A model generated the notes under the pieces. It worked only from the letters and a program-made list of their open reading frames with translations, was not told the DNA's origin and made no database searches. This document shows positions 1-10,689 of a stretch of 64,000 nt of DNA, one piece after another. The stretch is from Naegleria gruberi (taxonomy: Eukaryota): the NCBI GenBank assembly GCA_000004985.1, contig GG738897.1. One strand, 5' to 3'. How positions within the stretch are numbered: the first letter of the stretch is position 1; each line of letters opens with the position of its first letter. Both the position numbers and the translations under genes were made by a program.

Positions 1-1
1 C

Positions 2-1309
2 TTGGTTGTTTTGGAGTTTGGAGAAATTTTTCAACAAGTTAACTTGACCTCTCTTTTGGAGAATTACTCTATTCGATTTTATGATAACAAGCAAGGAATG
101 GTATTTTATCAAAGGCTTCTTTCAGAACATAAGAATTATGATCTGAATAACTTGGAAAATGCACAATTTATTTACGAAGCCATTAATATTACAATTATTG
201 ATACAACATGGGAAATGCTATTAATTCCAATTGATTATCACGATTCTAGTGTGTTGACATTGGAAATTTTAATACCAATCATTATTGTTGTATTTGGTCT
301 ATTGGCCATACTCATATCTTCCATATCCTTCTCACGTTATACATTACGAGTTAGGGCAGACAAGGAGACTCTGGAGATATTTGCTTCTACAGACGAAACA
401 CTGAAAAAAGAAATTGTAGAATTTGTGGAAAATACCTTAAAGAAGGTTGAAAATTACGTAAAAGAAGAAAATAATTTGATAGAATGTATCAATTCCTTAG
501 ACCCTCTTGTCACTCTATTTATTGATGAATCTGCTTTAATTAACACTGTTAACAGGCCCTTCTTGACTTTATTTGGGTACAATGATGAAAGTGAATTGGA
601 AAATGTGGACCTACAACAAATCTTGCCACTGTTTGATATCACTGATGTTTACAAAACACATGAGAAAACACCTGCACAAGATAGAGAATACATTCTTCAT
701 TTCCCCTATGTTGAGGGATGTAAAAAATTCGGAGCTCGGATTAAACTATCTCTAAGCCTGACTTTTAGCAATACCTCAATAACAGAGCCAGTTTTCTGCA
801 CAATCCTACTCAAGCCATCTGAATCCTTATTGAACAATATTCCAATTGACGAGGAGATTACTGAGAATACGAGCAAGTTTATGAAGACGATAATTGAAAA
901 TAAGAGCAACATGATGAGTTTTATAGATTTTCTAAAAAAAAAGAGAAGACAAGATGATAGAAATATCATCTTTATTCAAAATGTGAAAGCTTATAAGGTC
1001 ATGAAAAATATACAGGAACGAAATTCGTATATGGAGGAAATAATCACCGATTGTATAATCTGTAAACCAAATGAGAGACTCTATGATGTGAGCCCTGAAG
1101 CATTTGATTCATTCCACAAAAAGGTACGAGAAAGTTCAGAAGATAAATCAGGTGTATTTGATGCTTTGGTAGTCATTGTCATTCAAAATTTCTTCCTTCT
1201 CAATGTGTTTGATAGCTGGCAAAAAGAGAGAACTCGTAAAGAGGCACCTTTGAAGAATTTGTTTGATCCAATTCTCAAATCCAAGACTAAACTTTCAAAC
1301 ATTAACTAA
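2..1309 (+). CDS. 5'-partial membrane protein with PAS-like and C-terminal RGS-like domain
   Basis: Open frame running off the window start, stop at 1307-1309. Hydrophobic TM segment (ILIPIIIVVFGLLAILISSISF). PAS-like stretch (LINTVNRPFLTLFGYNDESELENVDLQQILPLF). C-terminal RGS-like helices (SFIDFLKKK...FIQNVKAYK...FDALVVIVIQNFFLLNVFDSWQK). Domain calls are by eye. Confidence 0.45.
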   Translation: MVVLEFGEIFQQVNLTSLLENYSIRFYDNKQGMVFYQRLLSEHKNYDLNNLENAQFIYEAINITIIDTTWEMLLIPIDYHDSSVLTLEILIPIIIVVFGLLAILISSISFSRYTLRVRADKETLEIFASTDETLKKEIVEFVENTLKKVENYVKEENNLIECINSLDPLVTLFIDESALINTVNRPFLTLFGYNDESELENVDLQQILPLFDITDVYKTHEKTPAQDREYILHFPYVEGCKKFGARIKLSLSLTFSNTSITEPVFCTILLKPSESLLNNIPIDEEITENTSKFMKTIIENKSNMMSFIDFLKKKRRQDDRNIIFIQNVKAYKVMKNIQERNSYMEEIITDCIICKPNERLYDVSPEAFDSFHKKVRESSEDKSGVFDALVVIVIQNFFLLNVFDSWQKERTRKEAPLKNLFDPILKSKTKLSNIN

Positions 1310-1724
1310 ACTACAGTAATTTGTGGATCTCTTTACAACAACTCAACAAGTAGATTGAAAAGTTTGAATATTATCTGGATAAATTGAATTTTCGTCATTT
1401 GGCAATACCTCACCAAAATGGTAAGTTATCCAACTTCCAAATTGAAACGAAGCAGTAAACATCAGATACTTAGTGATATCCACTCGATAGAAAACCTTGC
1501 CACATGCATCACTATCACTATCCATCTTATCTGAGTGACGATGACATTGGATACATGCTTACTTTCTATCATAGATACTTTAATCCAAAATGTAATGTAT
1601 TGTAATCTCATCCATTATTCATTCTAGATAAATAGTGACACAATCAAGCATACTATTCTCTCATCAATAAGAAAAAAAACAATTCAAAGCAATATATTTG
1701 GACTGTCTCTCTTTAAGAATAATA

Positions 1725-2885
1725 ATGGCTCAACAATATAGAACTGTTTCCTCTGTCAATTTTTCACTTGGTGTACTCGTGCTTGCTCTCTGTTTGGGAT
1801 ACTTGCTTTTCACCGCAGCTCATGTTGAAGCTGCCAAGAAGAAACCAGCAAGACCACCTCATCATGGTCAACACAATTCTACTCATCCACCAACTCCAGC
1901 TCCTCGTCCAGTCAATGAAACCTCTGCTAGTACTCCAGTAAATGATAAGGAATTGATTGACAAGATCAATGCCAATGAAACTCTCGGTTGGAAGGCTACT
2001 GAATATCCACGTTTTGCAAACTTGTCCATTTCAGAAGCAAGAGACTCACTCTTTGGTTTGTCCTTGCTCAGTACTGATCCTGACACTCCAAGATTGGACA
2101 TTGAACCACGTGTTGACTTGCCAATGAATTTTGATGCTAGAACTCAATGGAGAGGATGCATTCCAGCTGTTAGAGATCAACAAACATGTGGCGCCTGTTG
2201 GGCTTTCTGTAAGTTTCTAAGTTTTACAATTTGATTTATTAATTTTAACTTTTTTACAATTTTCATTTAATACAAATTTCCTTTTTGGTAATATTGACAA
2301 ATAGCTGCCACCTATGTATTGGCTCATAGATTGTGTATTGCCACCAATGGTAAAACTAATGTTGTCCTATCACCAGAATATCAAGTTCAATGTGATACTA
2401 TGAATAAGGCCTGTCAAGGAGGATATTTGAAATATGCTTGGTCATTTTTGGAAAGGACTGGAACTACTGTTGATTCTTGCATTCCATATGCTAGTGGAAG
2501 AGCAACTTTCTCATCTGGTACTTGTCCAGCTAAATGTAAAGTCTCTACTCAATCCATGACCATGTACAAGGCTAAGAACTCTCGTTACATTTCAGGTGTC
2601 AATAATATTAAGGCAGCCATAATGAGTTATGGATCTGTGCAAAGTGGCTTCACTATTTATCGCGATTTCATGTCATATCGATCTGGAGTTTACAAACATG
2701 TCAGTACCACAACTTTGGGTGGACACGCTGTTGCATTAATTGGTTGGGGAGTTGAAAGTGGAACTAATTATTGGTTAGCTGTCAATTCATGGGGATCCAA
2801 TTGGGGTATGTCTGGTTATTTCAAGATTGCCCAAGGAGAATGTGGAATTGAGAATCAAGTCTATGCAGGAGAACCAGTTTACTAG
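1725..2885 (+). CDS. cathepsin B-like papain-family cysteine protease (2 exons: 1725..2208, 2305..2885)
   Basis: ATG at 1725 with signal peptide (the track's 1698 start is TTG). CGACWAF active-site Cys at the exon 1 end, then GTAAGT donor at 2209 and ...aaatag acceptor ending 2304. Exon 2 restores the frame: CWAF-S-ATYVLAHRLCIATN, CQGGYLKYAW (cathepsin B signature), GHAVALIGWG, NSWGSNWG. Stop TAG at 2883-2885. Confidence 0.85.
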
Positions 2886-2952
2886 TTTACTAGCTCTGCA
2901 ATTTTTGAAATAAATTTTTGATTTTAAAAAAAACTTAAAAAAATCAAAAAAA

Positions 2953-5900
2953 ATGTTTTTAAAACAATGGCTCAATAATAAGAGGAGCAACTCGATGAGT
3001 ACATCATCGTCATCGGGATCTATTAGTAATATGGTGAATACCAACAATAATCAGACAACAAATCCGAATAACAGTTACTCATCAGGGCTGGATAATTTGG
3101 GATTTTTAGATCAGCAAACATCACCCAATTCGCCTCCATCCTCCTCCTCATCACAATTTACCACATCCTCCCAATCACCAACTTCCAATAATCAAAACAA
3201 AGGAGTTTCAGGAGTTGTTGGTGATCAATCTCCTCTCCTTTTCAATCCTCCGAATAATAATAGCACAATTAATAATGAAAAATCAACAATTATGAACACG
3301 TCCACTTACTATACCTACACTGTCCAATCAGAAGAGGGTCTCCCTTCCATGGCCCAACATCACCATTTAGATGATGTTTCATCATCGGATGAGAATTTTC
3401 AATCACCACGAATGGTTCCTCTTCATGTCAATACTACACCTTCTTCATCAAACAATCATCATCAACACTCTGCATCGAGAATGATGCAACCGAATAGAGA
3501 CTCACCACTGATTCATCCCCACCATCATGCCATTCGTGTCTTTCCCTATGATTTACGAAAATTCAATAATAATCAACAACAACAACACATTTCTCATCAT
3601 CAATATTCACAATTATCAACAACACCAAATCAACAACAACATGGCAGTGAAGAATTAGCAGTATCAGTCTCTCCAATTCCTTCCAACCTGATGATGAATA
3701 TACCAGAGATTGGATTAAGTCCAATCACTTCAGGACCCAACAAACTTCTCAATTCTCCACATTCACCAATTGATGATGATCATAATAATGGTGGTGGAAT
3801 TTCACCAAAGAGTGATGAAGAAGTTTCTGTCTCTCTCTTCTCAGGGGATATTTCCAAGGCAGTTCATGATGAGTATTATCCATCACCACAAAAGCTTTCG
3901 GCCTCTCGGTTGTTACCTTCTGAACCACCATCACCAACTGCAACGACCACTAGGCTGGGTGATTCATTCAATAGTCAAATGCATTCACCATCTGTACGTT
4001 CGACAGCTTCAAATGTTTCCACTTCGAGAAGGAGAGCCAACAGTAACAGTTCAAACATTTCATCAACAATGTCCTTCCAGAATCCACAACAAAATGCTCC
4101 ATTTATTGTCTATTCTTTGAAGAATCAATCATTGGGATTTATGAATACTGCCATTTCACATCATTGTTCGAATAGAAATGCCAATCATCACACCCATAAT
4201 TTGTGTGAGGAGTGTACAAATTGTAATATTGCAAGAAATCATACTAGTCCATTTTCTGAAGTGTCAGTCATTAATATGATTGATCCAAATTCATCTCTTG
4301 GTATTGGAGAAGTGAATAATATTAATAAGGTTATATTATTGTACGATAGAAATGTAAATTTAGATACAAGTTATGCTTGTTTGACTCCATACTTTTTCAA
4401 TTATTGGAATTATGCTAATTTTTGTAATAGAAATGGAGAGGAGGTTGGAATTCCGAGAATACCTCCACATCAATACTTTTCCCTGAATGAGGAATTTATG
4501 TTTTATAGATGCAGACCTTTGAAAGTTGCTCCTAATAATATGGTTAGCTCTCCAATGCTGACATGCTATGAGGATGGTAGAATTTCAGTGTGGGATGCTA
4601 CCAATTCTAAACGAGTGGCCAACCTGAACGGTCACAGATTGACAATTACTTGTGCAGTACCAATTTTTGCTCAGGGAACTCTCATTTCTCAATCATCAGA
4701 AGATTCCAATCTCTATTTCCAATATACACCATTTGCTCAATTCTTATTGACTGGATCTGGAGATAAGTCCATTAAATTGTGGGATATTTCAGCAATTTGG
4801 AGCACATCAGGTCAGGCACCTACATTCAATCTGAATCCAGTGAGAACCATGAACATTCACGAATCGAGTGTTAGATGTATTGAACTACTCAATGATGGAT
4901 CCCCAAGATTTTGCTCTGCCTCCAATGATGGTAAAATTTGTTTGTGGAATTGGTTCACTGGAGAGCTCCTCCAAGTGATCAATAGAAGAGAGGATGGATG
5001 CATTTCCAATATGTTTATCATGAATTCCATGTTTTACAATGATATGTCATTCATTGAAAGGACGAACAATACCATCGTTTCAACATGCTCCAACAAGCCA
5101 GATTTATTCATCTATGATTTTGAAAAGATTGAAGATGTTATTGAGGAATCACCAACTATAACCGATGATTCGTCTAGCAATGACTTTTTCTACAAGTTAA
5201 TTGATGAAGAATTGGTACCTTCAGCAACAACAGAGCCAAGTAGTAGTGCATCCGTAGTAACACAACCACCTATTACATCCAACAAACCAAAAAATATCAT
5301 TTCCAGTCTAAAGATTCTCAATATTTTCTCAATGCCTTCCACTTCATCAAATGCTGATAACATTTCACAAAAATCAGATAATTCCTCTCATTCATCCATG
5401 ACTCAATCAATGAATCAATCGATGAACCAATCGCCAAACCAATCTAATCCAACCCTTCCTGCTAAACAGTCAGAGTTTGATTACATTATTAGCACTGTAA
5501 ATAATTTTGGAGAATTAACCTTTTGGAAAACAGCTCAGATCGATTCTGAAGCTAAATGGAACAAGTTGTGCTCTTGCAAGAAGATTCGTGAAATTTTGGA
5601 ATCCAAATACTCATCAAACGAACTCACCTATCAAGCATGTATTCAGTTGGTGGTGAATAATCACTTCTTGTTGGTTTCTCTCGCAAACCACTTGTTCATT
5701 TTCGATATTGCTGACATTCTCATGCACACAGAAGGTAATCAGGAATGTAAATTCTTATTGGAACAGGCAGAGGCTCACTCATCCACCATCACTACCATGT
5801 GTACTCTTCATTATGGTCATATTATTGCCACTGGTGCAGAGGATGGCACGATTCGATTATGGGACACTGGCAAACTGTTGATATCTAATAATCCATACGT

Positions 5901-6624
5901 ACCAACTCCAAATCCAGAAACTGCCTCAACAACAGCCAGCAGTATTTTACATCCTATTGAAAGTATTTTTATTGGAACAAGTAAGAATGTACAAACAGCA
6001 TTTTTGAGAAATATTGCCACATTACAAATGCACAGCCAAGCAATTGTCTCTCTACAATCACTCAATGAATATGCATTTATTAGTGTGGCAAAGGGTGAAC
6101 CATTTGCCTTAATGTGGAAAGATTCGAGAATGGAGAAGAAGCTCAGAGGATATTACGCATTCCATTATGGATTAGGAAATACTGACATGCTCAGTAGTGG
6201 ATCAGCCGGAGGATACAATGTGCCAAACATGCTCTCACTCATGCTTGGTGAGAATAATAGTGTTGCTACAGCACTCAATGTGACACCATTTGCCTATCTC
6301 AGTATGGTTAATAATAGACAAAGAAGTAATAGTGGTATGAGAAAGGTTCAATCTGTGATTGGATTCAAGAATCCAGGATATGGTAAAGCACTATCACCGA
6401 AGAGTTCCAGTACTGAGGATTTGACAGTCAATACGCAAAGAGAAAAGGCAGCTATGAGGGCATTTACTACTGATGATGAAAGATTGAACAAGGATGATGA
6501 AGCTTCTGAGGCTTTAGAATCTCAACAACAGGATGATTACTGTGAAACGTGTACAAGTGAAGTTTCAACTCCTGTACAACATTCACGTACAGACACGGTA
6601 GATAGTGAAAAACTTTTAGAATAA
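2953..6624 (+). CDS. WD40-repeat protein with long S/N/Q-rich low-complexity N-terminus
   Basis: Single 1223-aa ORF starting at ATG. WD40 signatures GDKSIKLWD, SNDGKICLWN, GAEDGTIRLWD. N-terminal half is poly-S/N/Q/H low complexity. Confidence 0.7.
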   Translation: MFLKQWLNNKRSNSMSTSSSSGSISNMVNTNNNQTTNPNNSYSSGLDNLGFLDQQTSPNSPPSSSSSQFTTSSQSPTSNNQNKGVSGVVGDQSPLLFNPPNNNSTINNEKSTIMNTSTYYTYTVQSEEGLPSMAQHHHLDDVSSSDENFQSPRMVPLHVNTTPSSSNNHHQHSASRMMQPNRDSPLIHPHHHAIRVFPYDLRKFNNNQQQQHISHHQYSQLSTTPNQQQHGSEELAVSVSPIPSNLMMNIPEIGLSPITSGPNKLLNSPHSPIDDDHNNGGGISPKSDEEVSVSLFSGDISKAVHDEYYPSPQKLSASRLLPSEPPSPTATTTRLGDSFNSQMHSPSVRSTASNVSTSRRRANSNSSNISSTMSFQNPQQNAPFIVYSLKNQSLGFMNTAISHHCSNRNANHHTHNLCEECTNCNIARNHTSPFSEVSVINMIDPNSSLGIGEVNNINKVILLYDRNVNLDTSYACLTPYFFNYWNYANFCNRNGEEVGIPRIPPHQYFSLNEEFMFYRCRPLKVAPNNMVSSPMLTCYEDGRISVWDATNSKRVANLNGHRLTITCAVPIFAQGTLISQSSEDSNLYFQYTPFAQFLLTGSGDKSIKLWDISAIWSTSGQAPTFNLNPVRTMNIHESSVRCIELLNDGSPRFCSASNDGKICLWNWFTGELLQVINRREDGCISNMFIMNSMFYNDMSFIERTNNTIVSTCSNKPDLFIYDFEKIEDVIEESPTITDDSSSNDFFYKLIDEELVPSATTEPSSSASVVTQPPITSNKPKNIISSLKILNIFSMPSTSSNADNISQKSDNSSHSSMTQSMNQSMNQSPNQSNPTLPAKQSEFDYIISTVNNFGELTFWKTAQIDSEAKWNKLCSCKKIREILESKYSSNELTYQACIQLVVNNHFLLVSLANHLFIFDIADILMHTEGNQECKFLLEQAEAHSSTITTMCTLHYGHIIATGAEDGTIRLWDTGKLLISNNPYVPTPNPETASTTASSILHPIESIFIGTSKNVQTAFLRNIATLQMHSQAIVSLQSLNEYAFISVAKGEPFALMWKDSRMEKKLRGYYAFHYGLGNTDMLSSGSAGGYNVPNMLSLMLGENNSVATALNVTPFAYLSMVNNRQRSNSGMRKVQSVIGFKNPGYGKALSPKSSSTEDLTVNTQREKAAMRAFTTDDERLNKDDEASEALESQQQDDYCETCTSEVSTPVQHSRTDTVDSEKLLE

Positions 6625-6695
6625 ACCAATTCATAATGGAATATTTTGGCCTTTGAAAACATGATTTTAGTTGAGAAAAGAGCAAAAATTCAGAT

Positions 6696-6769
6696 ACCCT
6701 CCACCAGGAGTTGAACCTGGATCTTGCGAATGAGCCAGTCGCATATTCTAACCATTGAACCACAGAGGG
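6696..6769 (-). tRNA. tRNA-like gene (cloverleaf with 9-nt anticodon loop CTGGCTCAT; isotype unresolved)
   Basis: Minus-strand sequence CCCTCTG-TG-GTTC-AATGGTTA-GAAT-A-TGCGA-CTGGCTCAT-TCGCA-AGAT-CCAGG-TTCAACT-CCTGG-TGGAGGG-T. Acceptor, D, anticodon-stem and T arms all pair (with G-U wobbles), and the TTCAACT T-loop is present. The anticodon loop is 9 nt rather than 7. Paralog of the element at 13505..13578. Confidence 0.45.
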
Positions 6770-7136
6770 AATTAATGAAACAACCAAAAATTCTCAAAAT
6801 CACAATCTGGAATTGTACAACAAAACTATTTACTGATGCATTTATTTTGAAACACAAAACATCGAAATTAGAGGAAGCTTTTCAAAAGATCAAAAATCGA
6901 TGCCAAGTTATGTCTACTGTTAAAGAATTGGCAAACAATGAAAATTTTATCAATGATACCAAGTCCATAATTAACTCCTTATTTTGCAGTAGGTCTTTAA
7001 CTGTTTTTTTGCTTCCTTATTTTGTCAGTTCTTTATTGGTGAATATTTGTACAAGTTGCCTTTTGAAAAAAAAATAGGAAAAAAGTAAAGGATTTACTGA
7101 AAACAAACTAAAAATAATAAATAAACTATTTTCTGA

Positions 7137-10100
7137 TTATTTGAAGTAAGGCATTTGGAGAATCTGCCTTGCACTTGGACGAGTTTCCTGATTCCTGTCC
7201 AACATTTTAATCACAATTTCCATTAATTCATTCGAATATTGTTGTTCAGCTTCCATTTGCTTTGTGAGAATTGACACAGCATTTGCTGATTGATTTCCCA
7301 TCAACAAGTTTCCAATAGAAATTGTTTCATCCTTTGTCATGATCTGATAAATTGAAACTCCCAATGAGAAAATATCGGTATTGAAAGAATAACAACTTCC
7401 CAATGCAATTTCAGGACTATTTCAATATCATGGTCAATTAAGTTGTGAAATTTAACATTTGCTTACCTCATAAAAAGTGGAGTTCCAGCATAGGAATGAC
7501 CTTTCATTTCTTGATGCTTTTTAGCTAAGCCAAAATCAGCCAAAACAACTTCAATATCATTTCCAGAAAGATTTCGAATAAAAATATTTGAAGGTTTGAT
7601 GTCTCTGTGAATGATTGATAATTCTGAATGGACATAGTCAAGAGCACTCAGTACTTGTTTCATTATCTTTCGAATAATATCTTCAGAACATGTTTCTTTC
7701 TTTGTAAATCTTGTCAAATCGCCATTTTCAAAATAATCCATATCCATACAAAGTAAATTATCTTTTGTAATGAAATAATCATTGATTATCAAAATATTTG
7801 GATGTCTAATATTACTAAATTGTGATGCCTCTTTCATAATCGTATTCAAATCTGTAAATGATTCAAATTTCACAAACTTGACAGCTTTGATTTTGTTTCC
7901 ACATTTGGTATCTGTCACTTTGAATACACTTCCAAATGCACCTTGTCCAATTCTGACCATATTAATATATCTTGAAAGGACATCTTCATTATCTGACACA
8001 TTGGATCCCATAGACGATGAAATAATTACAGAACTGGATGGGAAGTCTGACATTTCAACAATTGTGGCATTTGCTATTTCATTTCTCTTCACTGCCTTCT
8101 TCTTCTTCATAGATAGTAGAATGATAACCACCACAACAATTATCACTATTATTAAGCCAATTCCAACAATTGGAATCACAATTGCAACCACCAAAACAGT
8201 TGTTGATTGATCGTTGGCTAAATTATCGAGTGAAGATCTTTCACAAAATTGACCATCGAAACCAGTAATACAGTTACAAATATCCAATCCAACACAACTT
8301 CCCTTTCCATTACAACTTTTTGAATCTGAAGAACTAGTTCCATTACAAGTGATTGGTTGACATTTGTCACCATAGAAACCACTCAAGCAATCGCATGTAT
8401 TATTGAAAGAATTGAATTGTGCTCCTCCTTCACAAACAGGATATAGCTTTCTAATTAGTGAAGTTACACCATTGGTTGACACTGTTTCAAGAAAAAGAGT
8501 TTCGTCCGATTTCTCATTTACATCAATAGTATAACCAAAACCAATAAAACTTGTTTCCACTCCCTTCAGGTCTCCATTGAAATAGGTACTCTGCTCTCTT
8601 GGTTTTCCTGCAATGGTCACTAACAATCCAGTTTTTTTCACATACTTTCTAATAATATTATTACCAGAATCCAATATAATTATATCACCATTCTCTTTCA
8701 CATAAAATGACTTAATTTGAGACAATTTAGACGAAACAGCAGGTAGATTATCACCACTATATCCATCAGTCCCAGTTCCAACAATACTCTTCAAATAGAA
8801 CGAACCATTCTGAAGTCGTTCCAAAACTCGAATGGTGTTTGCTGTGCAAAAGTAATGCAGGTCATCACTAATGGAATGAGAGGAACCAATGACACCAATT
8901 CGTTTGTCATTTTCTACAATGATTCCATCTTCAGATTCGAAAGGTGAATTGAGTGGATTCCAAAAGAATACACGAATCATACCTGAACTCTTTTCAATCT
9001 TTCCAAAAAAATCTGGATAACAAATGTAAATATCGCCATTCTTGGGATTTACAGAAAGACCTTTAGTACTTTGCTTTCCCAATGGAGAATTCAAAGCTGG
9101 AATGTCAGGAATCACTGTTCCACATTCCTTTCCTGCCACTTTCTGATATTTCAATGTTTTTGGATCAATTTGAATAATTCTGCAATAATCTGCAACATAA
9201 ATCATATTATCATAGAGAGAGAATACCATTTTAACATCAACTCTTGGAAAAAGTGCAAACATAAAGGAATCTAAAAGTACTAAAGAAAAGGAAAGGAAAG
9301 GTTTGACAGCTGGCAATAGAGAGGTAATTTCACCAGTTTTCTCATCATACTTCTTCAATACATTCTTATCTATTATATAGATTAGATTTTGATTTGGATC
9401 TCTGCAAAAGGAATTCATGTCCATACCAAGTAAGTTTGAGCTAGGATTGCTGCCAACTATAGTTTTGGCAATTCCATCAACTATTGTGTAAATGTAGGAT
9501 GATACTGTCGCAATGTAAATGACTCCATTATGTGCATAAATTGAATTAATCGACCTTTTAAGGTTTCGAATAAAAAATTTTCAAAGAAACTTACATTGCT
9601 GATTGAGTGGCATTAACATTCTCACCACTATATCCATCAAAATCAACATAAGTTCCAGAATATGTACCTCCATCAATTCCACCAACCTTTCTTAAACTAA
9701 GATCATCCAAATTTGCTTCATAAATTCTGTAACCATTCGCAACATAAATCTTTCCATATATGGAATCATAGGCAACACGTGAAATTGAAACTGGAAATTC
9801 AATCCAGTCCGAAGATTGATTTTTCCATTCCACTTTTATAAGTATTCCAGATGAAATATAATATAAAGTATTGTTTAGGATGGAAAACTCATTTACACTG
9901 TACTCAATCTTACTTGAATCTTGTAAAGTTTCGTTTTGATATTTGTAAATGCCATCTGAACTCACAAATCCAATGTACATTGTGCCATTATCAAAGGAAT
10001 TTCCAAAACCAGTAATAGAGCTAATTGGATTACTGTAATTAATTTGGAAATATCTCATCCTTAATGTATCCAAATTAAGAACGTGTAAATCGTGGTATCC

Positions 10101-10650
10101 AGAAATAACCAAATCTCCATTTGGAAAGCAAAATAAACTTAAAATTGATTTGAAAGTTCTCGTTGGTGAAGTTTCTGTTTTCAATTTTGAACTCACTCCA
10201 AAGACAGTCTTGATTAGTCCATCTATTTTCGAAACCTTTCTAATAATCAAATGTTGTTCCACAAAATAAAGTTCATCATTATATATGAATGGTTTGTACA
10301 ATACATTGACTTGTGAAATCTCAAATCTTGGCAAGTCCTCTCCATAGGGATGATTAATGAATCCACCACTGAATGTTGACACAATCTTATTGGAAACATC
10401 AATCTTTCGAATACAATTATTGGATTTGTCCACAAGATAGACCATTGTATTTTTCACAATCAAAGAACCAGGTTCATAAAATCGAACATTCGAATAAGAA
10501 TTAACTAAATCATCTCCTTCATATCCAAACGAATCTTTTTCACCAATTATTGTTTTGGTTGAACTATCAATTAAAGAATTCATTTGTAGAAAATGTGAAT
10601 TGGACGACGAGGTCCAAATTTCATTATTGGACGAAACAAATATTCCATTT
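7137..10650 (-). CDS. receptor protein kinase, C-terminal exons (NHL/beta-propeller repeats, EGF-like Cys-rich region, TM, Ser/Thr/Tyr kinase); exons 10650..9595, 9440..7467, 7416..7137
   Basis: Kinase motifs HRDIKPSN, DFGLAK and GTPLFM|SPE, the last spanning a GTAAGC...atag intron (7466..7417). The kinase subdomain IX-XI exon ends with TAA at 7137. TM segment VLVVAIVIPIVGIGLIIVIIVVVVIILL follows Cys-rich EGF-like repeats. A second intron 9594..9441 (GTAAGT...ctag) joins the NHL-type repeats. Probably continuous with 12451..13268 through a 1.8-kb intron. Confidence 0.7.
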
Positions 10651-10689
10651 CTAATAATTATGGGATAGTCAATGTGGTAGACTTAAACA

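Noticed and set aside
6467-6787. 106-aa ORF (and the 61-aa ORF 13415..13600) containing the peptide VVQWLE..ARSRFNSWQRV
   Set aside because: Both are just translations across the two paralogous tRNA-like elements. The shared peptide comes from the shared RNA-gene sequence, not from a protein family.
7782-8210. 142-aa plus-strand ORF inside the kinase gene, with similar antisense ORFs at 3770..4120, 19016..19540, 22158..22577, 34011..34418, 48695..49702 and 57795..58092
   Set aside because: Shadow ORFs antisense to, or out of frame with, well-supported longer genes. Low-complexity translations with no motifs.
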